Below, one piece after another: positions 48,537 through 58,341 of a stretch of 64,000 nt of DNA (the stretch's first letter is position 1; the number at the start of each line of letters is the position of its first letter). This DNA is from a virus (lineage: Duplodnaviria; Caudoviricetes). The DNA lies in IMG/VR virus record IMGVR_UViG_3300028048_000038, positions 1 to 64,000 of that record. The stretch is one strand, 5' to 3'. The notes beneath the pieces were generated by a model. That model was not told the DNA's origin, ran no database searches, and was given only the letters and a program-made list of their open reading frames with translations. The position numbers and the translations under genes were made by a program.

Positions 48537-49094
48537 TTACTCGGCAGCAGCCATAGCCATTTCCATTTCCTCTGCTGGAGCAGCCTCAACTTTCTTGGCG
48601 ATACCAAGTGTCTCAACAGACATCTTAGCGTTCTTCACGTCAATGTTGGGGTTGGATTCAGATGCAGCGAGTGCAGCCTTGAAATCCTTTGTCTTGGTGC
48701 TATACTTGTCGTAGAAACGACACAGCGCATGAGCGACATTGGGATTCTTGAACAACTTTTCGTTCTTGTGGTGCTTGGCGAACAGCGTAAGCCACTTGAA
48801 GATGGTCTCCGCTTTCTTCTCGTCAATCTTCTCATAACCACCAAGGAATGTGCAAAGGCGGTGTGCGTTCTTACCCACAGCGAAATACACAAGGTATGTG
48901 ATAGGGTACTTGTCATGTGCGTTTGACAACTCTGTGAGTTTCTTGCAGATGTCGATGTGCAGCGCACGTTTCTCCTTATTCTGTGGCAGTGTAAACCAAT
49001 TTGGCATACCTACACCCTTACCGCTACCACTCTCTGCGATTGCACGTACACGTGAGTCGATTGTCACTTTCTTAGCCTCTTTCTCTTTTGCCAT
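48537..49094 (-). CDS. Hypothetical protein
   Basis: 185 aa, promoter and terminator. Confidence 0.7.
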   Translation of the reverse strand: MAKEKEAKKVTIDSRVRAIAESGSGKGVGMPNWFTLPQNKEKRALHIDICKKLTELSNAHDKYPITYLVYFAVGKNAHRLCTFLGGYEKIDEKKAETIFKWLTLFAKHHKNEKLFKNPNVAHALCRFYDKYSTKTKDFKAALAASESNPNIDVKNAKMSVETLGIAKKVEAAPAEEMEMAMAAAE

Positions 49095-49227
49095 AGTTTT
49101 AATCTCCTATTCTTTTAATTAATAATGTTATTTATTTCTTTTGTGATGCAAAGATACGAAATTATTTTGATTCCACCAAATTTTATCTGGCTTTTTAACC
49201 CATTTTAACAATTAATGGTCATATTCC

Positions 49228-49683
49228 CTAACTTTCTACTACATTAATAATAGTGAAATCCTTTGCATTATAGACATTATCTGCATCATCACCATCTTCA
49301 AAGTAGCCACTTTGCAACCACTCTGAAAGTGTAATGTTTGTGATGTGCTTACCCTCGAAATGTACCCAAAGTTCATAGGTCTTTTCCTCAATCTGAAAGA
49401 AAGCGAGATACCCATTATCACCCTCATGGTCTAAATAGTGCCTATCTACCTTAATATCAAGCACCCTCTTTGTCTTTAATGGTACTTCGCCCTCACCAAG
49501 TGTTACTTCACTATCAATGGCGATTGTGGCATATACACCACAAGGGGCAATATCGCTGCGTTTGTCAAAGTCATGGATAAGAATATCCTCAACTACTTTT
49601 TTGACCATTGTAGAGCCGTAGAATGGGTTTTTACTACCCTCTCTATTCTCTATCATTTCAACTCTTAACTTTGCTTCTACCAT
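49228..49683 (-). CDS. Hypothetical protein
   Basis: 151 aa. Confidence 0.65.
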   Translation of the reverse strand: MVEAKLRVEMIENREGSKNPFYGSTMVKKVVEDILIHDFDKRSDIAPCGVYATIAIDSEVTLGEGEVPLKTKRVLDIKVDRHYLDHEGDNGYLAFFQIEEKTYELWVHFEGKHITNITLSEWLQSGYFEDGDDADNVYNAKDFTIINVVES

Positions 49684-50040
49684 GTTAGTTTGTTGTTAAT
49701 CTAACTCCAAGAATATTAACCCTATCATCATTAAGAGTAACATCTGCTGTCGCAAAGTAGTCAATCAAATCCGTTGCTTCAACCGCATCAATTTGAGTAT
49801 CATCAAACTCATAGTCGATGTCAATCGTCATTGTGTAAGTTCCTTTTATCATACTTTCAATCTCCTTTTAATTTATTTGTGGTGCAAAGATACGAAAACT
49901 TTTTGAATTGACAAAGGAAAAATGGATTTTTTTTTGTAATTGGCTGGTTTTTTAACCCTTATTAACAAAAAATGGGATTGATGAATACTCATCAACCCCA
50001 CGTAAACATGGAAATCAATACCAACTAAAACATTATGTCC

Positions 50041-50211
50041 TCAATCTCTATTAAGTATCTGTGATTCACGTTCACCACAAATCACAAACTCCTTCAAATC
50101 CGCTTCTTCTGCTCTATTTCGAGCCTTTTCAAGTGCTTCCCCCTCATCCTTTGCATCTACCTCTGTGGTGTATGATGCGTTAAAATTACATTGAATTGTG
50201 TATTTTCCCAT
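50041..50211 (-). CDS. Hypothetical protein
   Basis: MGKYTIQ...EVDAKDEGEALEKAR. Confidence 0.55.
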   Translation of the reverse strand: MGKYTIQCNFNASYTTEVDAKDEGEALEKARNRAEEADLKEFVICGERESQILNRD

Positions 50212-50215
50212 AGTA

Positions 50216-50557
50216 TTATGCTGCTTTCTTTGGTACGATTTCAACACCATCACGATATAAGGTGTTGAACGTGATTAAACAATGAATAACACCAATCTCA
50301 TCAAATGATTCAAGTTTCTTATCACTTATCTTATTGATGTAATCCTTAACAGCCGTAGCCATTTCTTCACTCTCCCTAACCGCTTTGAGAGTGGGATATT
50401 TCATGTCATATCTATGACCCTTATAGTTCTCACAATACGCATAACCATCGTAAATCTCAAATGGTATCTGTGTCTTGAAACCCTCGATGGAAAGTTTCTC
50501 AGTACCCACTTTCTTACCACATAGTTTCTCCCAAACCTTACTCTCGTTATCTACCAT
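50216..50557 (-). CDS. Hypothetical protein
   Basis: Start placed at MVDNESK downstream of the promoter. Confidence 0.6.
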   Translation of the reverse strand: MVDNESKVWEKLCGKKVGTEKLSIEGFKTQIPFEIYDGYAYCENYKGHRYDMKYPTLKAVRESEEMATAVKDYINKISDKKLESFDEIGVIHCLITFNTLYRDGVEIVPKKAA

Positions 50558-50726
50558 TTCATTATTAATTTGATTAATTACTACTTTGGCAAAGATATAA
50601 AAAAAACGTGAGAATCCCAAGAATTTCACGTTAATTTTTGTTAAGGACAACAATGTATCGCCCATGTGCCACTTATAACCAATAATATGAGTAATATATA
50701 ATATATGGTCTCTATTACCTTATCAC

Positions 50727-50969
50727 TCATAATTTGCTATTAATTAAATTCAACATATCAGCATCAACATTCTTTGAATAAAGAGGAAATCTTTTATTCC
50801 TATAAAGAGCACCATCAATCTTAACTGAAATCATCACTTGGGTATAACCAACCCAACTCAACTTATTGCCGTTTGGCAACTCGATGTCAAGGTTGTGGCA
50901 ACCACCCTTAATAACACCCAACTTCTTTAATTTGGCAATAATCTCATTTACAATACTTTTCTTACTCAT
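50727..50969 (-). CDS. Hypothetical protein
   Basis: 80 aa, promoter upstream. Confidence 0.55.
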   Translation of the reverse strand: MSKKSIVNEIIAKLKKLGVIKGGCHNLDIELPNGNKLSWVGYTQVMISVKIDGALYRNKRFPLYSKNVDADMLNLINSKL

Positions 50970-51058
50970 ATCTCAATCTCCTTTATTGTTTCACAATGCA
51001 AATATACGAAATTATTTTGAATCTACCAAATTTTTTATGTTAAAAATGTGGTGGGGAA

Positions 51059-51880
51059 TTAAAATCCCCAATCCACATCACTCTCTTTGTCAAGATTAAT
51101 TACGAATGGTGTCTCTGGTGCTACAAAGTGCCCACTCTTATAATCGTTTGCGGTCTTATGGTAGTGCAATCCCATGATAGAACGCTTGGGGTCAAGATAG
51201 CGCATATCGTATTCATTTGCATCTACTACATCATAACCCCTAAACTTCTTGGGTAAGATACCCTTTTCAGAATAGAACACCACTGCGACCTTACCATCGT
51301 TCTGTAAGAACTTTTCGCACTCGTCCCAGTTATAACCATCATAACTGAATGTAAGGTCGTAATTCTTATAGGTCTCCAATAGTTTTGTCCTATTATAAAC
51401 TTTCGTGTAATCATAGAAAACTACATCATTGAACAACTCTAAGATGTTCTTACCAGTCTTGGGGTCTCTGAAAGCGAGTGGTGAAAGGTCGCTTGTGCCA
51501 TTGAGACGAACACTAAAACCATAACCCATACGCTTTGCCTTTTCACGTTTGCTCTCTATCTCATGAGTGAGCATATCCATGAATAAACCTCTATTCTCAT
51601 AGAACAACTTGGTTTTCTTGATACGTGAACGATTAATCTTAGAACCCTCAACACCACGAGCAAGTTCATCACACTTATTCTGCCCACTACCATTCAAACA
51701 GAACTCATGACAATGCTGCCCCTTTGGGCACACATTGTAGCCACTCATTTTCCAAGGAGCGAGGTACAAACAATATGTCATTGTTCCATGCTCATAAGAG
51801 AGACGCATTTTCATGCTCTGTGCAACACTACCTAAGTAACTAATTCCTAACTCTTTTTTTGCTTTGATGTAACCTAACAT
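51059..51880 (-). CDS. Gp88-like protein (radical-SAM-like Cys motif)
   Basis: LYLAP...NVCPKGQHCHEFCLNGSG, VRLNGTSD, FYDYTK, YDLTFS, DMRYLDP. Confidence 0.7.
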   Translation of the reverse strand: MLGYIKAKKELGISYLGSVAQSMKMRLSYEHGTMTYCLYLAPWKMSGYNVCPKGQHCHEFCLNGSGQNKCDELARGVEGSKINRSRIKKTKLFYENRGLFMDMLTHEIESKREKAKRMGYGFSVRLNGTSDLSPLAFRDPKTGKNILELFNDVVFYDYTKVYNRTKLLETYKNYDLTFSYDGYNWDECEKFLQNDGKVAVVFYSEKGILPKKFRGYDVVDANEYDMRYLDPKRSIMGLHYHKTANDYKSGHFVAPETPFVINLDKESDVDWGF

Positions 51881-52086
51881 AATCTTTATCTCCTTTTTAA
51901 TTGTTTCGTGATGCAAAGATACGAAAAAAAAATGGATTAACCAAAAGAAAAACCAATTATTTTCAATTTAAAATAAAATTTTTCTCTTTTCTTTATATAT
52001 AACATACTTTGCATATTGGGAGAACCAAATACATTCTCAAAAGTTCTATGAATAAGCCTACTCATTATCTTTCTACAAAAACAATA

Positions 52087-52461
52087 TTAATCTAAAATAA
52101 ATTTCACATCAGCCATTTGTGTGCCACAATCCTCCCTATTGCAAAGGATATTATAACCACTTAACAGATTTTCATCATAGATAGTTAATATCATATCATC
52201 ATCTATCCTCTCCCCACAATTAGGACAAGTGATAATGAAATCCTCATAGTTATTCAATGGGAAATATAATACTCCCATAGAAATGAGTAATTTCAATACC
52301 TTACTATTACACTCCCCATCATAGATAGCAAGCATACCATTCATTCCATCGTAACTATTGAATAACTTAAATGCCTTGCTATCTACCGCATCATTCATAA
52401 GCAATTCAATTTCCTCTGTGGGAATATATACTCTTATCCTATATGTCTTATTCACTACCAT
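52087..52461 (-). CDS. Zinc-ribbon protein
   Basis: CPNCG...CNREDC. Confidence 0.55.
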   Translation of the reverse strand: MVVNKTYRIRVYIPTEEIELLMNDAVDSKAFKLFNSYDGMNGMLAIYDGECNSKVLKLLISMGVLYFPLNNYEDFIITCPNCGERIDDDMILTIYDENLLSGYNILCNREDCGTQMADVKFILD

Positions 52462-52462
52462 A

Positions 52463-52735
52463 TTAATCTATATCAATAGACATTTGCCACAAATAGGTTG
52501 CACCTACCTTATAAGGCTTGCCATTTGAAGACACCTTATTAACAAACTCCTTATCACCATATACATCGTGATAGTAACTATCTTTAGCAAAGGTATAAAT
52601 CACCTCAAAGGTAGAATAGCCAAATTCGTCTTTCTCGCTAATCTCCTTGACTGACTTCACCTTAACCTTAACATATCTGTAAGGCATCATGCAACCATCA
52701 CAAGTATTCAATCTCGGTTTTCTTTTTTTCATCAT
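52463..52735 (-). CDS. Hypothetical protein
   Basis: 90 aa, promoter upstream. Confidence 0.55.
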   Translation of the reverse strand: MMKKRKPRLNTCDGCMMPYRYVKVKVKSVKEISEKDEFGYSTFEVIYTFAKDSYYHDVYGDKEFVNKVSSNGKPYKVGATYLWQMSIDID

Positions 52736-52825
52736 AATCTAAATCTTTAACAATGCAAAGATACGAAATTATTTTGAAATAACAAAGAAAAATCCCCACT
52801 TTTTTAAGATGGGGATTAATTTTCT

Positions 52826-53923
52826 TTAGGCTGCTGCGAGACAAAGGTCAAATGTTTTCTGCACCTTTTTGTAGATGTTGCCATCTAAGATGCTATCGAA
52901 CTTGATTTCCTCGCTACGTTCTGTGGCTTCATTCTGATAGTAAGAGGTCAAACCATTCATCAGCCATAACGCTGTTCCACGCTCTTGACCCTCTTGACCT
53001 ACACCACTCTCCAAGCACTCCTTAACACCTAAGAAGATGTTACGTCCACGAGTCTTGATTGCATCGCTATAAATGTTGTGATTCTCCAAGAAATCCTTTG
53101 CAGCCTCTGGTGCCAACACAACCTCTGCAATGATGTTATCAAGGTCTCTCTCAGCCAACTTGATGTTGCGTAAGTGTTCAAAACTCTCTTTCAACCCATT
53201 TGCATATACATTGGCTACATTAAGAGCCTTATAAGCAAACTCAGCGTTTTCCTTATTCAAGAGGTCAAGACGTGACATCACCTTTGATGAATGACGGAAA
53301 GCAATACGACCAATGTTGTTCTTCATTGCCCAATTCAGCGTATTGTTACATACCACACGAACTGGTGTAACCATGCAGCGAACTGAACCAGTACCATCAT
53401 GTGAGGTGGTGAACACCACATACATATCTACGAGGTCATCACGCTTTGCATCCAAGACAATGCTCTGTGGGAACTTTGCGGTAACAAACACACGCTCACC
53501 ATTACCAAGCACACCACAAGTCTCAATCACTGGGGTATTGTCTCTATCAGCAAACTTACCGCTACAGAACATATCCACGAACTTGAAAGCGTCCTCGTTC
53601 TGTACGATACCATACTTATCAGATACGATGCCAAGGCTCTTGTTGCTATCGAGACGCATTGTAGCCATAGTGTTGTCCACAAGCAGACTCTTTAACATTG
53701 CAGCGTTGATAAACTCGCCATTGTCCATAGCATTACGTAACTCGTCAGAGAGGGCTATCACTGGCTGCAAACCTACGTTGTAATCAGCGTGACAAAGTTT
53801 CAACGCATCCTTCACGAACATTGGTTCATCTACCACTTGTCCAAGTCCATGCCAAGCACGCTCTCTACGTCCGTTCTCTGCAAAACTTGCACCTCTCTCT
53901 GTAATCTCAATCATTGCGCTCAT
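52826..53923 (-). CDS. DUF932 family phage/plasmid protein
   Basis: AWHGLG, LGIVSDKYGIVQNEDAF, TSHDGTGS, TPVRVVCNNTL, GTALWLMNGLT. Confidence 0.85.
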   Translation of the reverse strand: MSAMIEITERGASFAENGRRERAWHGLGQVVDEPMFVKDALKLCHADYNVGLQPVIALSDELRNAMDNGEFINAAMLKSLLVDNTMATMRLDSNKSLGIVSDKYGIVQNEDAFKFVDMFCSGKFADRDNTPVIETCGVLGNGERVFVTAKFPQSIVLDAKRDDLVDMYVVFTTSHDGTGSVRCMVTPVRVVCNNTLNWAMKNNIGRIAFRHSSKVMSRLDLLNKENAEFAYKALNVANVYANGLKESFEHLRNIKLAERDLDNIIAEVVLAPEAAKDFLENHNIYSDAIKTRGRNIFLGVKECLESGVGQEGQERGTALWLMNGLTSYYQNEATERSEEIKFDSILDGNIYKKVQKTFDLCLAAA

Positions 53924-54045
53924 AACTAATCTCCTTTTCTTTTAATTGTTAATAACTGATATATTTTCTATCTCGATGCAAAGATACAAAAACTTTTTGA
54001 ATCTACCAAATTTTTTCTTAAAAATCTTCAATTGATTAATGATTT

Positions 54046-54471
54046 TTAATAAGGATAATCTATTTCCTTAAAATAATCAATAATCTTCTTTGAGGTCTCT
54101 GCTGCATACTTGTTTCTTGGGTCAAAACAACCATTCTCACAATTCTCAGCCAATGACTTGATATATTCCAAACATACCTTGAACATTTCATTCTGCAAAT
54201 ATCTATGCTCACGGCACATTCTCTCTGCTACCTTTTTCTTGCTGCGGCATTTACCATTCACAAAGTTGCCAAAGAAACGTGCAAACACATCATCGTTATC
54301 TTCGCCACATCGAGGGCAAAGGTCATAGGTGAATCTCTCAATTACCTTGTTCTTTAAGAACTCTTTATCCTCTTCTGATGTGCTATCAGAATTGATAAGG
54401 TAAATGAGGTCACTATTACTTAATTCGTAACTCTCATACTCTCTTCCGTTAATTGTGAATTTCTTGCTCAT
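54046..54471 (-). CDS. Hypothetical protein
   Basis: EHRYLQNEMF...FDPRNKYA; start placed at MSKKFT. Confidence 0.65.
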   Translation of the reverse strand: MSKKFTINGREYESYELSNSDLIYLINSDSTSEEDKEFLKNKVIERFTYDLCPRCGEDNDDVFARFFGNFVNGKCRSKKKVAERMCREHRYLQNEMFKVCLEYIKSLAENCENGCFDPRNKYAAETSKKIIDYFKEIDYPY

Positions 54472-54697
54472 ATCTCCTTGAATTTTAATTTGCGATGCAA
54501 AGATACGAAATTCCCAGCACATGACCAAGAAAAATACCAAAAAAATTACGTTCAATTGAAAATATTTCCACTTTCTTTACAAAAACCATATATACCTTTT
54601 ATAATATATTATATAGGGGAAAATTAAATTTAAAATAAATCCATTATTATTTGGTTATTCCAATTAAATTTCGTATCTTTGCAAAAAATTTAGAGAC

Positions 54698-54916
54698 ATG
54701 GATAAGAATAGTAATGTAAGAGTAGTGTGTTTACCAATGAGCCAATATGATAAGGAATGGCTTGATACCCTTAAAGATGAAGAACTAAGCGAAACAGCGT
54801 GTGCTGATGGTTTTTCTCTTATTTATGGAGACCTTAAAGAGTTCCAAGAGGCTCTCAATTTGTCTTCTGGAGTTGATATTGTACGTAATTATTGGATTTA
54901 TTTCTTAAATGACTAA
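54698..54916 (+). CDS. Hypothetical protein
   Basis: Promoter at 54650-54683. Confidence 0.6.
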   Translation: MDKNSNVRVVCLPMSQYDKEWLDTLKDEELSETACADGFSLIYGDLKEFQEALNLSSGVDIVRNYWIYFLND

Positions 54917-54954
54917 GGAATAAACTATATAAGGTTACACCAAATTTTGAATAT

Positions 54955-55287
54955 ATGAATAGAATTGAATTAAAGAAAGCAAGACTACAATTGTATAAAC
55001 CATCACCCACAAAGTTTCAACTTGTGGCTAAATTGGATGACCTTATTACACATTGTCATGGTAATAATATACGAGTTAATGGGCTTAGATTCGATTCAAA
55101 CTCATTCAAAGTCGGAGAACTATACGTGAGGATGATTGAAGTTAAACCAAATGACATCGCCCATGTATTGATACATTGGTATCCAAATTACCAAATATCT
55201 AACCAATCTGACCCATTCTGCTCTGCATACATCATGGAACAATGGGAAATTGAATTAATACTAAATAAATTAAGAAACATTTTGTAA
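54955..55287 (+). CDS. Hypothetical protein
   Basis: 110 aa. Confidence 0.6.
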   Translation: MNRIELKKARLQLYKPSPTKFQLVAKLDDLITHCHGNNIRVNGLRFDSNSFKVGELYVRMIEVKPNDIAHVLIHWYPNYQISNQSDPFCSAYIMEQWEIELILNKLRNIL

Positions 55288-55548
55288 CCAAAAATATATA
55301 AAATGGTTGCAAAGTGTTACTGACGCACATACGAAAATTTTTCAAAGTGTAAGGTAAATAATAAAAATACTTTACACAATGTTGCTGTTGTACATCATTT
55401 CACTGATGTTCAATGGTAACAACGTTGCCGTTGTACTTTTTTAAGTCTAATATATCCAAATAATGGTTAATATATTTGGTTATTCCAAATATTTTGTATA
55501 TCTTTGCATTATATAATATATTAACTTAATTAACTTAGAGATAATATT

Positions 55549-55818
55549 ATGGCGTATTTTAAGATTAGTGAACCAAATAAACCCATTAAATGGATTAAGG
55601 AGGTTGATAGTGCAAATGGAACATTGTCGTTCCAAAACTCAAGAGACGGAGCACACTATGAAGATGAAGGTTTCTTCGCTGACTCAGAGTTGGATTATAT
55701 CAAGTTCCATTTTAAGGAGAAGTATCCAGAACTAGAGTATGTAACCATCGATAGCGAATATGATGAGGATTACGATGGCGAAGACAATTGGGATTTGGAA
55801 GCTCCTGTTGTGGGATAG
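55549..55818 (+). CDS. Hypothetical protein (paralog of 55864..56082)
   Basis: ADSELDYIKFHFKEKYPELE vs AKTEIEFLVHHLKNEHKELE. Confidence 0.65.
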   Translation: MAYFKISEPNKPIKWIKEVDSANGTLSFQNSRDGAHYEDEGFFADSELDYIKFHFKEKYPELEYVTIDSEYDEDYDGEDNWDLEAPVVG

Positions 55819-55863
55819 CTGTACTTTTTTAAGTCTAAATAACTAAATTAATACTATATAACT

Positions 55864-56082
55864 ATGGCAAAAGGTGTAGCAAAAAACGATGATGGCTTAA
55901 TGGTTAAGTCATACGATGTTGATAATAGTGAGGTGGAATTCACCACCAATATTAAAGAGGCATATAACTATGGTGCTCTAGGTGAATGGGACGCAAAGAC
56001 TGAAATAGAATTCCTTGTACATCACCTTAAGAATGAGCATAAAGAACTAGAAACCATGAAATATACTATAGTACCTTGTTAA
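55864..56082 (+). CDS. Hypothetical protein
   Basis: 72 aa. Confidence 0.6.
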   Translation: MAKGVAKNDDGLMVKSYDVDNSEVEFTTNIKEAYNYGALGEWDAKTEIEFLVHHLKNEHKELETMKYTIVPC

Positions 56083-56115
56083 TAACAAATTGGTGTTGTA
56101 CTTTTTTAAGTCTAA

Positions 56116-56328
56116 ATGAATAATAAGGTAAAACTTGAATTCACATTTAAGGGGAGAAAGAATACATACTTTAGAAGAATGGATGCCTTCGGTAAACCCC
56201 TTACAACCACAAATATTAATAGTGCTAAATTGATAAAAGAATCTGAAATACCTTCAATCCTTAAATCAATGATTAAGGAATATGGTAAAGAAAGTATTAC
56301 AGATGTAAAACCAATAAAAGAAGGATGA
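56116..56328 (+). CDS. Hypothetical protein
   Basis: 70 aa; TTNINSA resembles TTNIKEA of its neighbour. Confidence 0.6.
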   Translation: MNNKVKLEFTFKGRKNTYFRRMDAFGKPLTTTNINSAKLIKESEIPSILKSMIKEYGKESITDVKPIKEG

Positions 56329-56390
56329 GTATATTAATCTATACCCATCCTTTTTTATATCAATAACCCTACTTGTACTTTTTTAAGTAC

Positions 56391-56921
56391 TTATCCAAAC
56401 CATCTTCCCTCTGGTTCAAATACCGTTTCCATATGCTTCATATGTGGTGCTCTAGTAATCGCCACATTATACGGCTCTCTATCCTCACTGCCACGATTAA
56501 CTGTAAAAGGGACTGTAGATGCCTTCTTGCTACCCTCCTCAATAGCCTTGGTTAACTCAGTGTAACTGTTCTTGATTATGATATCCCTCTCACCCTTTTT
56601 GCATGCAACATATGGATGCTTCATGTGAGATAGAACCTCACGCTGCCAACTAGCCAAATATATTTGACAATCATTCAAGAACTTCTCAAATGCCTTTAAT
56701 GTGTAATATGTCTTGGGAGTCCTTGTGGTATCTGACCACTCATAGAAATATATACAACCAATATAATAATCATTGCTGTTGAATAAATTGGGCTGAAATG
56801 GTCTATGTGTTACTGGAAGTATCCCTCCACCACAATATCCACTAGGTTTATTCTTTTCCTCTGATACCCTCTTTAAATGGGCATGAAATAAATTCTTTAA
56901 TTCCTTACTTAAATTTGCCAT
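56391..56921 (-). CDS. Hypothetical protein (paralog of 56932..57654)
   Basis: LFHAHL / IYFYEW...TLKAFEKF vs LFHEHL / IWFYPD...TLIAFSEF. Confidence 0.65.
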   Translation of the reverse strand: MANLSKELKNLFHAHLKRVSEEKNKPSGYCGGGILPVTHRPFQPNLFNSNDYYIGCIYFYEWSDTTRTPKTYYTLKAFEKFLNDCQIYLASWQREVLSHMKHPYVACKKGERDIIIKNSYTELTKAIEEGSKKASTVPFTVNRGSEDREPYNVAITRAPHMKHMETVFEPEGRWFG

Positions 56922-56931
56922 ATCATTTCTA

Positions 56932-57654
56932 TCATTGACTTAATTCCTCAACTGGACATATCTTATATCTCAAATCACCATATGATTCATCTGCCACAAT
57001 CTGCAATATACCATCCTCACGTAACTGAGGGTCTAGACATGTGTGACTTAACCTACGATAAGCAATGTCCATACCTACATCACTCGGAACATCATAACCC
57101 TCATCAGAACAAAACTCACTGAATGCTATCAATGTGTTGAACTCCAATCTATCACTCTTGTTCCTATAGTCTGGATAAAACCATATCACCTTGCCATCAT
57201 CAATACCACTTGTCTCAATGTCATCATAGCCATATTCACTAGGACTCTCCTCATATCCACTATAAGGAGTCGTAATGTCTATCACCCTAGCTTTACTCTT
57301 TCCTCTGCTACCCCTCTTGTGTTTCTTCTTCTCCTTTCTATTCAATTTCTCCAATGTATCCCAATAATCACCATATGGGTCAATACCCCTTGACTTCCGC
57401 ATGGAATGAGAAACAGATGTTGGAGGCCATACAGCATCAAAGTCATCTTCATCATCAGACTCAAGACCAGGGAAGATGATTCCTTGCTGTATCAAATACT
57501 GAACCTCATCATCATCTGCCCAATCATAATTGCTTGCCCTTCTTGTCCTAGGATACATCCTACGATATTCATATACCTCATCAAGATGCTCATGAAATAA
57601 ATCATGAAGAGCATCACGCATATTATCCAATGGTATCTTTATCTTCTTCGACAT
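56932..57654 (-). CDS. Hypothetical protein
   Basis: 240 aa, promoter at ~57681. Confidence 0.7.
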   Translation of the reverse strand: MSKKIKIPLDNMRDALHDLFHEHLDEVYEYRRMYPRTRRASNYDWADDDEVQYLIQQGIIFPGLESDDEDDFDAVWPPTSVSHSMRKSRGIDPYGDYWDTLEKLNRKEKKKHKRGSRGKSKARVIDITTPYSGYEESPSEYGYDDIETSGIDDGKVIWFYPDYRNKSDRLEFNTLIAFSEFCSDEGYDVPSDVGMDIAYRRLSHTCLDPQLREDGILQIVADESYGDLRYKICPVEELSQ

Positions 57655-58083
57655 TCTATTATCTACATTTTATTATATCATTGCAAATATATGGAAAATA
57701 TATCGATTTTCCAAATATTATTAATACATTTTATATATTGTTAACAACAATAACATAACACTTACCAAATTTTTCTCTGGAATAAAAAGACAACAGTTTA
57801 TTTCCACTATTTTTAATATATATTTCCCTATATTCAATATATTTTTAATGTTTATTTTCAATGTATATTTCCCTTACATTTAATGTATATTCATACAACT
57901 ATTTTCCTTAAGCATGAATACTTTATTTCCTCATGAAAACGTTTATTAGAAGGGCATTACACAAATATATAGAATATACCAAAAAAATTATTTGATGGTA
58001 TAAAATTTACCATATTGGTTATCAACGAGTTACGAGCATTTCACACGAAAAAATTTGGTAGAAGTGAAAATTTACGATACGTT

Positions 58084-58326
58084 TTATGTAGTTATTTCTT
58101 CTTCTATTATTTTATTTATTGCTTTAGTGGTTGAGTTGAGTGTAATTTGTCCATAGTTTTTGAGGTAGTCTTCTGCTTTGAATTTGATATTGCAAGCTTC
58201 GTCTATATTGCATGAATATTTTTTCATGACTTCGTTAATTGGGTCTAGTAGGTCTCCTATTAGAATTGATATATTATTATAGTTTTTGAGTAGGTTATTG
58301 ATTCTATTTTTATTATCTTGTATCAT
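58084..58326 (-). CDS. Hypothetical protein
   Basis: 80 aa. Confidence 0.5.
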   Translation of the reverse strand: MIQDNKNRINNLLKNYNNISILIGDLLDPINEVMKKYSCNIDEACNIKFKAEDYLKNYGQITLNSTTKAINKIIEEEITT

Positions 58327-58341
58327 ATTACGTTTATGTAT

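Larger units (their letters stand above)
26140..54545 (-). promoter_or_regulatory. Array of ~36 Bacteroidota-type (-33 TTTG / -7 TAnnTTTG) promoters
   Basis: Plus-strand signature gatgcaaagatacgaaa...ccaaa at ~26142, 28391, 28798, 30391, 31504, 33124, 33457, 33926, 34324, 35011, 36072, 36915, 38038, 38610, 38857, 39121, 40182, 40663, 41287, 42161, 42983, 44226, 44801, 45918, 46297, 47512, 48002, 48414, 49145, 49882, 50587, 50996, 51911, 52753, 53976, 54495. Confidence 0.85.
55431..56390 (+). repeat. Four 18-bp junction motifs (55431, 55819, 56096, 56373) bracketing three genes
   Basis: (T/C)TGTACTTTTTTAAGT(CT/AC), all in the same orientation. Confidence 0.8.

Noticed and set aside
26140-54545. 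CRISPR array or MITE family for the gatgcaaagatacgaaa repeats
   Set aside because: Spacing is irregular and gene-sized, and the repeat matches the Bacteroidota promoter consensus upstream of starts.
15556-56328. Genome-wide TAG-to-Gln recoding (code 15)
   Set aside because: Long ORFs are intact in the standard code, several genes end at TAG (29448, 29765, 55818), and no CTA-anticodon tRNA was seen in the window.
55431-56390. CRISPR array from the 18-bp direct repeats
   Set aside because: The spacers are ~260-370 bp and contain whole genes.
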